Part shown: positions 38,904 to 46,336 of the stretch, piece after piece
Layout: each line of letters begins with the position of its first letter
How positions within the stretch are numbered: position 1 is the stretch's first letter
Assembly: GCA_963716115.1 (NCBI GenBank)
Contig: CAVQSZ010000021.1
Coordinates: 36,779-100,778, forward strand
Direction: 5' to 3'
Source of the DNA: an uncultured Alphaproteobacteria bacterium
GTDB taxonomy: Bacteria; Pseudomonadota; Alphaproteobacteria; ATCC43930; CGMCC-115725
Length of the DNA stretch: 64,000 nt
Position numbers and translations under genes: made by a program
Notes under the pieces: generated by a model
The model's database searches: none
What the model was told of the DNA's origin: nothing
Seen by the model: only the letters and a program-made list of their open reading frames with translations

Positions 38904-40084
38904 GTCCCCTCCGGCAGGCCGAGGACGCCCTCGGCGGCGAGCCCGGCGATGGCGGCGCGGTCGAAGCCGAGCTCGGCGAGGATCGCCCGGCCATGCTCGC
39001 CGAGGCGCGGCGCGGGGCTGAGCGCGGCGTCGGCCGATGGCGGAACGCCGGGCGTGCGCGGGGTCGGGAAGCGGCCCATGCCGGGCTGGTCGACGGCGAC
39101 CGCGCCGCCGGTCGCGACGATGTGCGGATCGGCGAGCCAGTCGTCAAAGCCGTTGACCCGGTCGGCGAGGAGATCGGCGGCGCGCAACCGCACGAGCCAG
39201 GACTCGGTCGCGTCGGTCGGAAAGACCGCGGCGATCTCGGCGCACAAGGTCCCGGCGTGCGCCGCGCGCGCCGCGAAATCGGCAAAGCGCGGGTCCTGCG
39301 CGAGGTCGGGCCGGCCGAGCGCCGCGGCGAGCCGCGGGAAATCCGCCTCGCGGATCAGCGCCACGATGATCCAGCCGTCGCGGGTGCGGTAGGCCCCGGT
39401 CGGCGCGTTCAGCGGCCGCGGCGCGCCGTCTTCGAGGACGTGCTCGGCGAGCTTGTGGCCGAGCATCGCCGCGGCGCATTGCGCCAGCCCGACCTCGATC
39501 CGCCGGCCATGGCCGCGGCGCTCGCGCGCGTAGAGGGCGGCGCCCAGCGCCTGCGCCGCGTAAAGCCCGGTCATCGTGTCGACGATGATCGCGCCGACCC
39601 GGTGCGGCGCGCCGTCATTGCCGAGATTGACCGACATCATCCCGGAAAAGGCCTGCGCCACCGAATCGGTGCACGGGAAGGCGGCGTAAGGCCCCTCTTG
39701 GCCAAAGCCGCTGACCGAGACATAGAGAAGCCGCGGGTGGCGCGCGCTGAGCTCGGCCCAGCCGAGGCCGAGCCGGTCGGCCACACCGGGGCGGAAGCCC
39801 TCGACGACGACATCGGCGCGGGCCGCCAGCGCCATCGCGATGTCGCGCGCCGCCGGGGATTTGAGGTCGAGCGCCAGGCTCCGCTTGCCGCGGTTGTAGT
39901 GCGCCGACATCGCGGTGTGGTCGCCGTAGCGCGCGCCGAGCCCGCGCGACCAGTCGCCGGCGACCGGCTCGAGCTTGACGATTTCGGCGCCCTGCATCGC
40001 CAGCAGCATCGCGCAATAGGGGGCCGCCACCCCCTGCCCCAGATCGAGCACCCGCAGCCCGCTGTAAGCGCCCTCCAGGCTCAT
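38900..40084 (-). CDS. Family III CoA-transferase (CaiB/BaiF)
   Basis: GLRVLDLGQGVAAPYCAMLLAMQGAEIVKLEP..GDWSR pattern. Its stop overlaps the maoC-like start. Confidence 0.85.
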   Translation of the reverse strand: MSLEGAYSGLRVLDLGQGVAAPYCAMLLAMQGAEIVKLEPVAGDWSRGLGARYGDHTAMSAHYNRGKRSLALDLKSPAARDIAMALAARADVVVEGFRPGVADRLGLGWAELSARHPRLLYVSVSGFGQEGPYAAFPCTDSVAQAFSGMMSVNLGNDGAPHRVGAIIVDTMTGLYAAQALGAALYARERRGHGRRIEVGLAQCAAAMLGHKLAEHVLEDGAPRPLNAPTGAYRTRDGWIIVALIREADFPRLAAALGRPDLAQDPRFADFAARAAHAGTLCAEIAAVFPTDATESWLVRLRAADLLADRVNGFDDWLADPHIVATGGAVAVDQPGMGRFPTPRTPGVPPSADAALSPAPRLGEHGRAILAELGFDRAAIAGLAAEGVLGLPEGT

Positions 40085-40217
40085 GCGATCGCTCCCTTTG
40101 CCCGCCGCGCCCGATTGTAGCCGATCGCGCCGGGGAAACCCGATAGCGTCGCGAGCCCGCGAATAGGGTAGGCTCGGCCGGTTGAGGGGCGACCCGCCGA
40201 TCCTTCGGAGGTGACGA

Positions 40218-41363
40218 ATGAAGCAGGGATTCCGCGTCTACGACGTCGACACGCATATCGACCCCGGGGCCGATGTCCTGGAGAAATACGTCGATCCCGG
40301 CTTCCGCCCGCGGCTCGACGAGCTCGCCCCCTATCGCGTCGCGATCAAGTCGCGCAGCGCCGACGGCGGCCTGCGCCACACCTACCGCTTTGGCGGCAAG
40401 GCCTATGAGCGCACCCTGGGCGAGGCCGAGCCGCGGCCGGGCTCGGCCGATGGCCGGGCGTGGCGCGGCGAGCGGCGGCCGAGCCCCGGCGTCGTCGACG
40501 ACCGTTCCGACAACCGCGTCCTCGACATGGACGCGGAAGGCTCGGACGTGCATTTCCTGGTGCCGTCGGTCTGGACCAGCGTCGTCGGGCTGCCCGACAT
40601 CTCGCTCGAAACCGGGCTGATCCGCGCCTACCACCGCTACATGGCCGAGTTCTGCGGACCGTTCCCGGACCGGCTCAAGGGCCCGATCGTCGCCTCGACG
40701 CGCGATGTCGACGACGCGGTGCGCGAGATCCGCGCCTGGGGCAAGTCGAAATGGGCGGTGGCGGTGCAGCCGCTTCTGGCCAACGAGCGGCCGGTCGACC
40801 ACCCCGACCTCGAGCCGATCTGGCGCGCCGCCGAGGAGCACGATTTGGCGATCGCCCATCACAGCTTCACCTGGTCGCCGCCTTATTTCCCGGGCTCTGA
40901 CGACATGTGGGACAATGTCTATCTGGCGCGGCTGTGCTCGCATCCCTGGGGCGCGATGCGGTTCATGGCCGGCTTTCTGGCCGGCGGGGTTTTGGACCGC
41001 CATCCCGGCCTGCGGCTTTGCGTGCTCGAATGCGGCTTCGGCTGGCTGCCGTTCTGGGTGCGGCGCATGGACGAGCAGGTCAGCTATGTCGGCCGCACCG
41101 CCAGGCTGAAGCATCTGCCGAGCGAGCATTTCGCCGCCGGGCGGGTGTTCTGCAATATCGAGGCGCATGAGCGCGAGCCGATGTTCAACATGGTCGCGAC
41201 CGCGCTCGGCGACGGCGTCTTGATGTACGGCTCCGACTATCCGCACTACAAATCCTGGTTCCCGCACTCGATCGACAAGATCCTGGAATGGTCGAGCCTG
41301 GGACCGCAGATCCGCCAAAAGCTGTTCTGGGACAACGCCAACCGCTGCTTCAAGCAGACCTGA
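40218..41363 (+). CDS. Amidohydrolase-2 family protein
   Basis: VYDVDTHI..AIAHHS..GSDYPH pattern. 381 aa. Confidence 0.75.
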   Translation: MKQGFRVYDVDTHIDPGADVLEKYVDPGFRPRLDELAPYRVAIKSRSADGGLRHTYRFGGKAYERTLGEAEPRPGSADGRAWRGERRPSPGVVDDRSDNRVLDMDAEGSDVHFLVPSVWTSVVGLPDISLETGLIRAYHRYMAEFCGPFPDRLKGPIVASTRDVDDAVREIRAWGKSKWAVAVQPLLANERPVDHPDLEPIWRAAEEHDLAIAHHSFTWSPPYFPGSDDMWDNVYLARLCSHPWGAMRFMAGFLAGGVLDRHPGLRLCVLECGFGWLPFWVRRMDEQVSYVGRTARLKHLPSEHFAAGRVFCNIEAHEREPMFNMVATALGDGVLMYGSDYPHYKSWFPHSIDKILEWSSLGPQIRQKLFWDNANRCFKQT

Positions 41364-41375
41364 GCGGAGCGGGTG

Positions 41376-42128
41376 ATGAAATGCGCCGGCAAGGTTGCTC
41401 TGGTCACCGGGGCGCAGCAGGGGATCGGCCGGGCGATGGCGACGGAGCTCGCCGGCGAGGGCGCCGATGTCGCGGTCAACTGGCTCGACGACCATGACGC
41501 CGCGCAGCGCGTCGCCGGCGAGGTCGGCGCCCTGGGGCGGCGCGCCTTCCTGGTCCAGGCCGATCTGGGTCGGATCGGCGAGGTGCGGGCGATGGCGGCG
41601 GCGGTCGCGCGCGAATTGGGGCCGATCGACATCCTGGTCAACAATGCCGGCGTCTTTCCCCGCGTGGCGTTTCTCGACATGTCGGAGGCCGACTGGGACC
41701 ATGTCCTCGGGGTCAACCTCAAGGGCGCCTGCTTTTGCGCCCAGGCCGTGGCCAGGGCGATGGTCGCGGCCGGGCGGCCGGGGTCGATCATAAACCTGAC
41801 CTCGGGGGCGGCGTTCCGCAGCTCGCCGCGCGGCGCGCATTACGTCGCGAGCAAAGGCGGGCTGGTGTCGCTGACCCGGGCGATGGCGCTGGAATTGGCC
41901 CCCCACAAGATCCGGGTCAACGCGATCGCCCCCGGCCTGACCGACACCGCGCAGCCGCGCCATGGCGGCAGCGAGGAGGAGCTCGCCCTGAGCGCCCGCG
42001 CGATCCCGCTCGGGCGCATGGCGCAGCCGCGGGAAATCGCCCGCGCCGCGGTGTTTCTCGCCTCCGACGACGCAGGCTTCGTCACCGGCCAGACCCTCCA
42101 CGTCAACGGCGGCTCCTACCTCGCCTGA
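41376..42128 (+). CDS. SDR-family oxidoreductase
   Basis: VTGAQQGIG, NNAG and YVASK motifs. Confidence 0.85.
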   Translation: MKCAGKVALVTGAQQGIGRAMATELAGEGADVAVNWLDDHDAAQRVAGEVGALGRRAFLVQADLGRIGEVRAMAAAVARELGPIDILVNNAGVFPRVAFLDMSEADWDHVLGVNLKGACFCAQAVARAMVAAGRPGSIINLTSGAAFRSSPRGAHYVASKGGLVSLTRAMALELAPHKIRVNAIAPGLTDTAQPRHGGSEEELALSARAIPLGRMAQPREIARAAVFLASDDAGFVTGQTLHVNGGSYLA

Positions 42129-42256
42129 GCCGGCAGCGCCGGCTGTTCCCGCTGATATTTGCAGCGAATCTACAGCGAGCCGCGTTTCGCGCACCCGATC
42201 GCCTATCGACTCGCGACTCGCGACTGTCCAATGCGATTACGGCAATTTTACCGTCG

Positions 42257-42850
42257 CTATGCGGTCATCGCCGGGCTCGACCCATAGCTGTCCGGTTCGC
42301 AAAAAGCGGTTGCAGAGTTGGCGTCAGACCTCAACCAGTGCTCGTCATGCCCGTGCTTGTCACGGGTATCCACGTCTTCCGGCGCCGGGGCTGGGTCCGT
42401 GGATGGCCGGAACAAGTCCGGCCATGACGATCTTTGGTTGTGGCAGCGATGCGACCTGACCGCGATCCCTACCGCTTCGGCGGCGCGCGCCTCGCTTGCC
42501 CGGATCTCATGTTCCCAAAGGCGCATCACCCGCCATCCGGCGTCCGCGAGCCGGCGGTCGACGCTCGCGTCCCGTTCGATCGTTCGAGCGATCTTTCCGG
42601 CCCAAAAAAGAGCATTGTTCCTCGGCATTACGACGTGTTCGGGGCAACCGTGCCAAAAACATCCGTCGACGAAAACTGCCAGCCGGGCGCCGGGAAAGAC
42701 CAAATCCGGACGGCCGGGAAGCGATGATCCCAGGCGATACCGCATACCTCGCTTCCAAAGCTCTCTTCTGAGCTTGATTTCGGGCCCGGTGTCCCGGCCC
42801 CTGTTCCGCGACATGCAAAAGCTGCGCTGCTCCGGTGTCAGAACGTCCAT
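42257..42850 (-). CDS. vsr: Very-short-patch-repair endonuclease (Vsr) with a repeat-derived C-terminal extension
   Basis: LTPEQRSFCMSRNRGRDTGPE..PGRPDLVFPGARLAVFVDGCFWHGCP..NNALFWAGKI..WRVMRLWEHEI. The core ends near 42445, and the ORF then reads through REP hairpin 42341-42429. Confidence 0.85.
   Translation of the reverse strand: MDVLTPEQRSFCMSRNRGRDTGPEIKLRRELWKRGMRYRLGSSLPGRPDLVFPGARLAVFVDGCFWHGCPEHVVMPRNNALFWAGKIARTIERDASVDRRLADAGWRVMRLWEHEIRASEARAAEAVGIAVRSHRCHNQRSSWPDLFRPSTDPAPAPEDVDTRDKHGHDEHWLRSDANSATAFCEPDSYGSSPAMTA
42341..42429. repeat. REP hairpin (tcgtcatgcccgtgcttgtcacgggtatccacg ... cgtggatggccggaacaagtccggccatgacga)
   Basis: 33-nt imperfect inverted arms around a 23-nt loop. 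Same family as 16713-16808 and 19314-19383. Confidence 0.75.
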
Positions 42851-42864
42851 CGGGCGTCAGCCCC

Positions 42865-43986
42865 TCATTGGTCTTCGTCCTCGGCCGGCGATGCGAGGCC
42901 GATTTCACTTTCGAACTCGATCCCGCTCAGGTCCACAGAAAAGCTGTCCACGGTGACCCCGCTGGCGAGCCCCGCCGTTTGGGCAAGGATTCCCTGCGCA
43001 AAAGACTTCAGGTTCGTGGATATCCGGAGCTTCGCCCCCTGTTCGCCGGCTGCATAAACGCGATAGATCCGATAGGGACCATCGACTTCCGCGGCCATCT
43101 CCCTCAACTCGGACCAGGAGATGTGCACCGGCCTGTCAAACTGGCCTGCGGTGGTTTTGGCGTCGATCCGCTCTTCTGCGCCCTCCATCGGAGAGATGCG
43201 GAAATCCATTGGCGCTACGGCGTTGGCCTCGGACACCCACTCGTACGAGCGGATGAGACCAAGCCTCTTTTGGTGCTCCAGGTGAACCGAGATCAGCTCT
43301 TCGCCCAGGCGGCCTATTTCGTCTGCCTGCTGGCGCGCGCGCCTCAGGGCCTCGATGGAAAGATTGGGCGCCCGCGCACGGCGCAACAGCCGCTCAACAG
43401 CAGAGGGGTTCCCGAGCGCTGCTTCCTGCAGTTCATCGGAAAGCGCGAACCCTGCGAGAGGATGGTCCTCAGCCAGACCAGCGCTCGCCGCGATCTTTCC
43501 GATCAGTTCCTCATCCAAAATTCGCATGGTATCTCGTCCGGAGAAATCGAGTCTCTCAAGTACCGAATGTAGTTTAGAATCTTCGGGGAGCGACCGCGCG
43601 ACAAATAACGCAGTCGCCTTGGAAGGAACTATGGCACCTTCAAAAGACAATATAACGAAGTCATTCGGCAAAAGCGAATTAAATCGATTCGGGTCGCTCC
43701 TAGGATTTTTGACGAGTTCGCCACCTAACTCCCAGTTTCTAGATCGGGCACTTTTGTTAATTTTGCGTTGTAAATTAATCGCCGCCCGAGTGCCGGGGCC
43801 GAATATCCATAAATCCAGGGGTACCCATCTTGTTCCACTTGTCGCCTTTGTAATAGCAGGAAATAGCTTATCCACGAAGACATTTGCGTTCAAATCTATG
43901 GATATCTTACCCCCGTCACTGAGCTGCCAATGGAACAGAGTCAGGTCAGATCTGGTAATTTTCTTCAATGCGAGCTTCGAAATCAT
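42865..43986 (-). CDS. DUF3883-type (PD-(D/E)xK-like) nuclease with an uncharacterised AT-rich N-terminal domain
   Basis: The C-terminal IGRLGEELISVHLE..PMDFRI..ERIDAKTT..YRIYRVY fits the DUF3883 pattern. The N-terminal ~190 aa (MISKLALKKITRSDLTLFHW..) has no family I can name. The gene lies 14 nt upstream of vsr. Confidence 0.65.
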   Translation of the reverse strand: MISKLALKKITRSDLTLFHWQLSDGGKISIDLNANVFVDKLFPAITKATSGTRWVPLDLWIFGPGTRAAINLQRKINKSARSRNWELGGELVKNPRSDPNRFNSLLPNDFVILSFEGAIVPSKATALFVARSLPEDSKLHSVLERLDFSGRDTMRILDEELIGKIAASAGLAEDHPLAGFALSDELQEAALGNPSAVERLLRRARAPNLSIEALRRARQQADEIGRLGEELISVHLEHQKRLGLIRSYEWVSEANAVAPMDFRISPMEGAEERIDAKTTAGQFDRPVHISWSELREMAAEVDGPYRIYRVYAAGEQGAKLRISTNLKSFAQGILAQTAGLASGVTVDSFSVDLSGIEFESEIGLASPAEDEDQ

Positions 43987-44074
43987 CTTCTGTGTACCTC
44001 GGCTTTTCCAGGATTCAGAGGGCTAACCGTTAGGCTTCCGGCTGTAGGTCACTATTCCAGATAGCCTGTGCCGC

Positions 44075-44971
44075 CTATCCCTTGAAAACTGTCTCTCGAT
44101 GAAACTGAAGAAATTGTGGATGTGGCCGGAGTTCGAGCCGGGCCGGCAGCCTCAGCTTACCGCCTGGGTTCACGAGTTGGTGGACGGGTTCCGGAACGCG
44201 ATCCGGAGCCATGAGTATGGTGTAGTCATCATCAAGTGACAGGAGGCCGCGGTCGAACATCCAGTGGACTGTACCGCACAAGGCGAGGCCGTTTCGGACA
44301 GAATCCGGTCCCGAGGCGGATATCGGGCGAATATGTGCAGCCTGCACTTCCGATCGGCCCCCTCCGTTGAGAATCTTCAACCCGGTAACTGCGCAGGTGT
44401 TCGCATACGCGGACTTTACCGCGCCTGCAAAGGCGGCATCTCGGAAGGGCCGGGAGGCGACGCGCTCAACAATCGGGCGGTCAAACGTCGCCGGCTCGTC
44501 CGCGAAGCCCGGAAATTCTAGGGTAACAACAGGCGCAGGTGCTATAAGCGCCTCAAATCCGGCTCTCAATATCAAGTCAAATTCGGCATCCGTGATAACA
44601 CGCACCGCGCGACCGAACGCCCCTTTGCTGGTCCCGCCATCGGCACGCCGTAGGCCGGCCTCGTAGTAAAAGTCGTCATCCCTGAATGGCACCGGCCGGT
44701 CGAATTCCAAGAAGTCTGAGACGAGCGCATAGAAGTGATCTGGGTTCTCTGCATCGGGCCGAATTGACCCCACGCGCGCGGCAGCAAAGTAAGCTTGGCG
44801 ACCGCCGCGGCTGCTCGGGTTACGGCTCGGCCTCCGGGGTTCGTAATAGATGATCCAGTCCCCGACCGCTGCCTCGACCTGACGTAGGTACGTCCGGGGA
44901 AAGTGATAACGAAATTCCGGCAAATCGTCGTAGGTGGGTTCCGCTTTTGTGGTGAAGACGGCCTTGCTCAC
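44075..44971 (-). CDS. HNH_2-type endonuclease fused to a PUA/EVE-like N-terminal domain (candidate modification-dependent restriction enzyme)
   Basis: The C-terminal CAVTG..VQAAHIRP..RNGLALCGTVHWMFDRGLLSL is the HNH_2 motif. The N-terminal YHFPRTYL..GDWIIYYEPRR..GRQAYFAAARVGSIRPD is a beta-barrel reader-like pattern. Confidence 0.65.
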   Translation of the reverse strand: MSKAVFTTKAEPTYDDLPEFRYHFPRTYLRQVEAAVGDWIIYYEPRRPSRNPSSRGGRQAYFAAARVGSIRPDAENPDHFYALVSDFLEFDRPVPFRDDDFYYEAGLRRADGGTSKGAFGRAVRVITDAEFDLILRAGFEALIAPAPVVTLEFPGFADEPATFDRPIVERVASRPFRDAAFAGAVKSAYANTCAVTGLKILNGGGRSEVQAAHIRPISASGPDSVRNGLALCGTVHWMFDRGLLSLDDDYTILMAPDRVPEPVHQLVNPGGKLRLPARLELRPHPQFLQFHRETVFKG

Positions 44972-45046
44972 AGAACCGGTCGCTCCCTGGAGGAGATTGG
45001 GTTCTCGAAATTCCGGACGCAGGAGATCATAGACAAAGACGACATG

Positions 45047-45271
45047 TCAGCATTGATCTGAGGATACCAGTCCCTTATTGCGCTGGCTACGGTTGAGGTC
45101 GGCTTCGGTTTCCGCCTCGGACGGATGCGGCATTTCGGCTACGTCCGCCCAATGCCCCCGCACTGCCGCCGCGAAGGTTTGCACCTCGCCGGCGCCGAGG
45201 CCGCGGTATCGGGACATTTCCCGGATGCCGTCTTCGAGGAAATACCGGGTGAAGAGCCCGCCGCGCAGCAT
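45047..45271 (-). pseudogene. N-terminal stump (74 codons) of a large restriction-modification enzyme (HSDR_N / type IIG-like leader)
   Basis: GLFTRYFLEDGIRE..x..W..SEAETEADL resembles the leader plus (N/S)EAxTE nuclease-motif start of type I HsdR / type IIG enzymes. It is truncated immediately afterwards. Confidence 0.4.
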
Positions 45272-45428
45272 CGGTTGTTGCCCCCGTCAGCCGCCCGACG
45301 GCCCGCGGTCGCGGCGTGGGCGCAAAATCCTTGCGGAATGGAGGATAGCCGAAACGGCTCAATATTTCGTCAACCGGCCGAGGCCGGTGGCCGGCCCCGG
45401 CGGGGCCGCGGAGCAGTTCGGGCGAGGG

Positions 45429-45459
45429 GTCGCGGGCGGACGCAGGCGAGGCCCGCGAC
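45429..45459 (-). terminator. Possible stem-loop downstream of bfr
   Basis: gtcgcgggc / gcccgcgac 9-bp inverted repeat located 7 nt after the bfr stop. No U-tract. Confidence 0.2.
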
Positions 45460-45465
45460 GGTCGC

Positions 45466-45942
45466 CTATTCGGCGTGGCCGGATTGGAGCTGGATGTAGT
45501 TCTCGACGCCGATCTTTTGCATCAGGTCGAGCTGGGTCTCGATGAAGTCGACGTGCTCTTCCTCGGCTTCGAGGATGTCGCTGAACAGATCGCGGGTGAC
45601 GAAGTCGCGCACGCTCTCGGCGTGGGCGATCCCTTCGCGCAGCGCCGGCAGCGCGTTCTGCTCGAGCGACAGGTCGCATTCGAGCGCCTCGCGCACATTT
45701 TCGCCGATCAGCAGCTTGTCGAGCTCCTGCAGATTGGGCAGGCCGTCGAGAAACAGGATGCGCTCGATCAGCTTGTCGGCGTGCTTCATCTCGTCGACGG
45801 ATTCGGAATATTCATAAGCGCCGAGCTTGGTCACGCCCCAATGACGCAACATGCGGGCATGCAGGAAATACTGGTTGATTGCGGTCAGCTCGTTCTTCAG
45901 GACCGCGTTCAGATGCTGCAAGACAGTCGCGTCGCCGCGCAT
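45466..45942 (-). CDS. bfr: Bacterioferritin
   Basis: MRGDATVLQHLNAVLKNELTAINQYFLHARM..EMKHADKLIERILFLDGLPN..EEEHVDFIETQL. 158 aa. Confidence 0.95.
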   Translation of the reverse strand: MRGDATVLQHLNAVLKNELTAINQYFLHARMLRHWGVTKLGAYEYSESVDEMKHADKLIERILFLDGLPNLQELDKLLIGENVREALECDLSLEQNALPALREGIAHAESVRDFVTRDLFSDILEAEEEHVDFIETQLDLMQKIGVENYIQLQSGHAE

Positions 45943-46013
45943 GGTCGCCTCCCGCGGAATTCACCGGGGATATATTGATCGCGGCAAGCCCCCCGGCAAG
46001 ACCCCTGGGGCCG

Positions 46014-46199
46014 TCAGTCCGCCTCGGACCGCCCGAGCTCGATCGTCTCGCGCAGCAATCGGCACATCAGCGGCGCGCATTTCCCGCAGCTCGGCTTCTT
46101 GCCGAGCCCGTGGTAGATCGCCGCGACCGTGCACCCGTCGCGCTCGACCTGGGCGCGGACGTCGCGGTCGGTGATCGCATTGCAGACGCAGACGTACAT
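46014..46199 (-). CDS. bfd: Bacterioferritin-associated ferredoxin
   Basis: MYVCVCNAITDRDV..GKKPSCGKCAPL is the 2Fe-2S BFD pattern. ATG at 46199. Confidence 0.85.
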   Translation of the reverse strand: MYVCVCNAITDRDVRAQVERDGCTVAAIYHGLGKKPSCGKCAPLMCRLLRETIELGRSEAD

Positions 46200-46222
46200 G
46201 CGCGCCTCATCCCGAGCTGGTC

Positions 46223-46256
46223 TCGCTTTTATAAGCGATTTGCGACCAATTCGCAA
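46223..46256 (-). promoter_or_regulatory. Two adjacent palindromes upstream of bfd (candidate iron-responsive operator / promoter)
   Basis: TCGCTT-TTAT-AAGCGA (46223-46238) and TTGCGA-CCAAT-TCGCAA (46240-46256) lie 24-57 nt upstream of the bfd ATG. The TTATAA core could serve as a -10 element. Confidence 0.35.
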
Positions 46257-46302
46257 TATCACTCGCGCATGGCTGACCCGCGCGGCCCGCGCCGGCCCGG
46301 GG

Positions 46303-46336
46303 TCAGCGCACCTGCCGCATCAGCGCACCTGCCGCA
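46303..46336. repeat. Perfect 2 x 17-bp tandem duplication (tcagcgcacctgccgca) spanning the stop codon of the LLM gene
   Basis: Read directly at 46303-46319 and 46320-46336. It duplicates the ..MRQVR-stop coding end. Confidence 0.9.
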
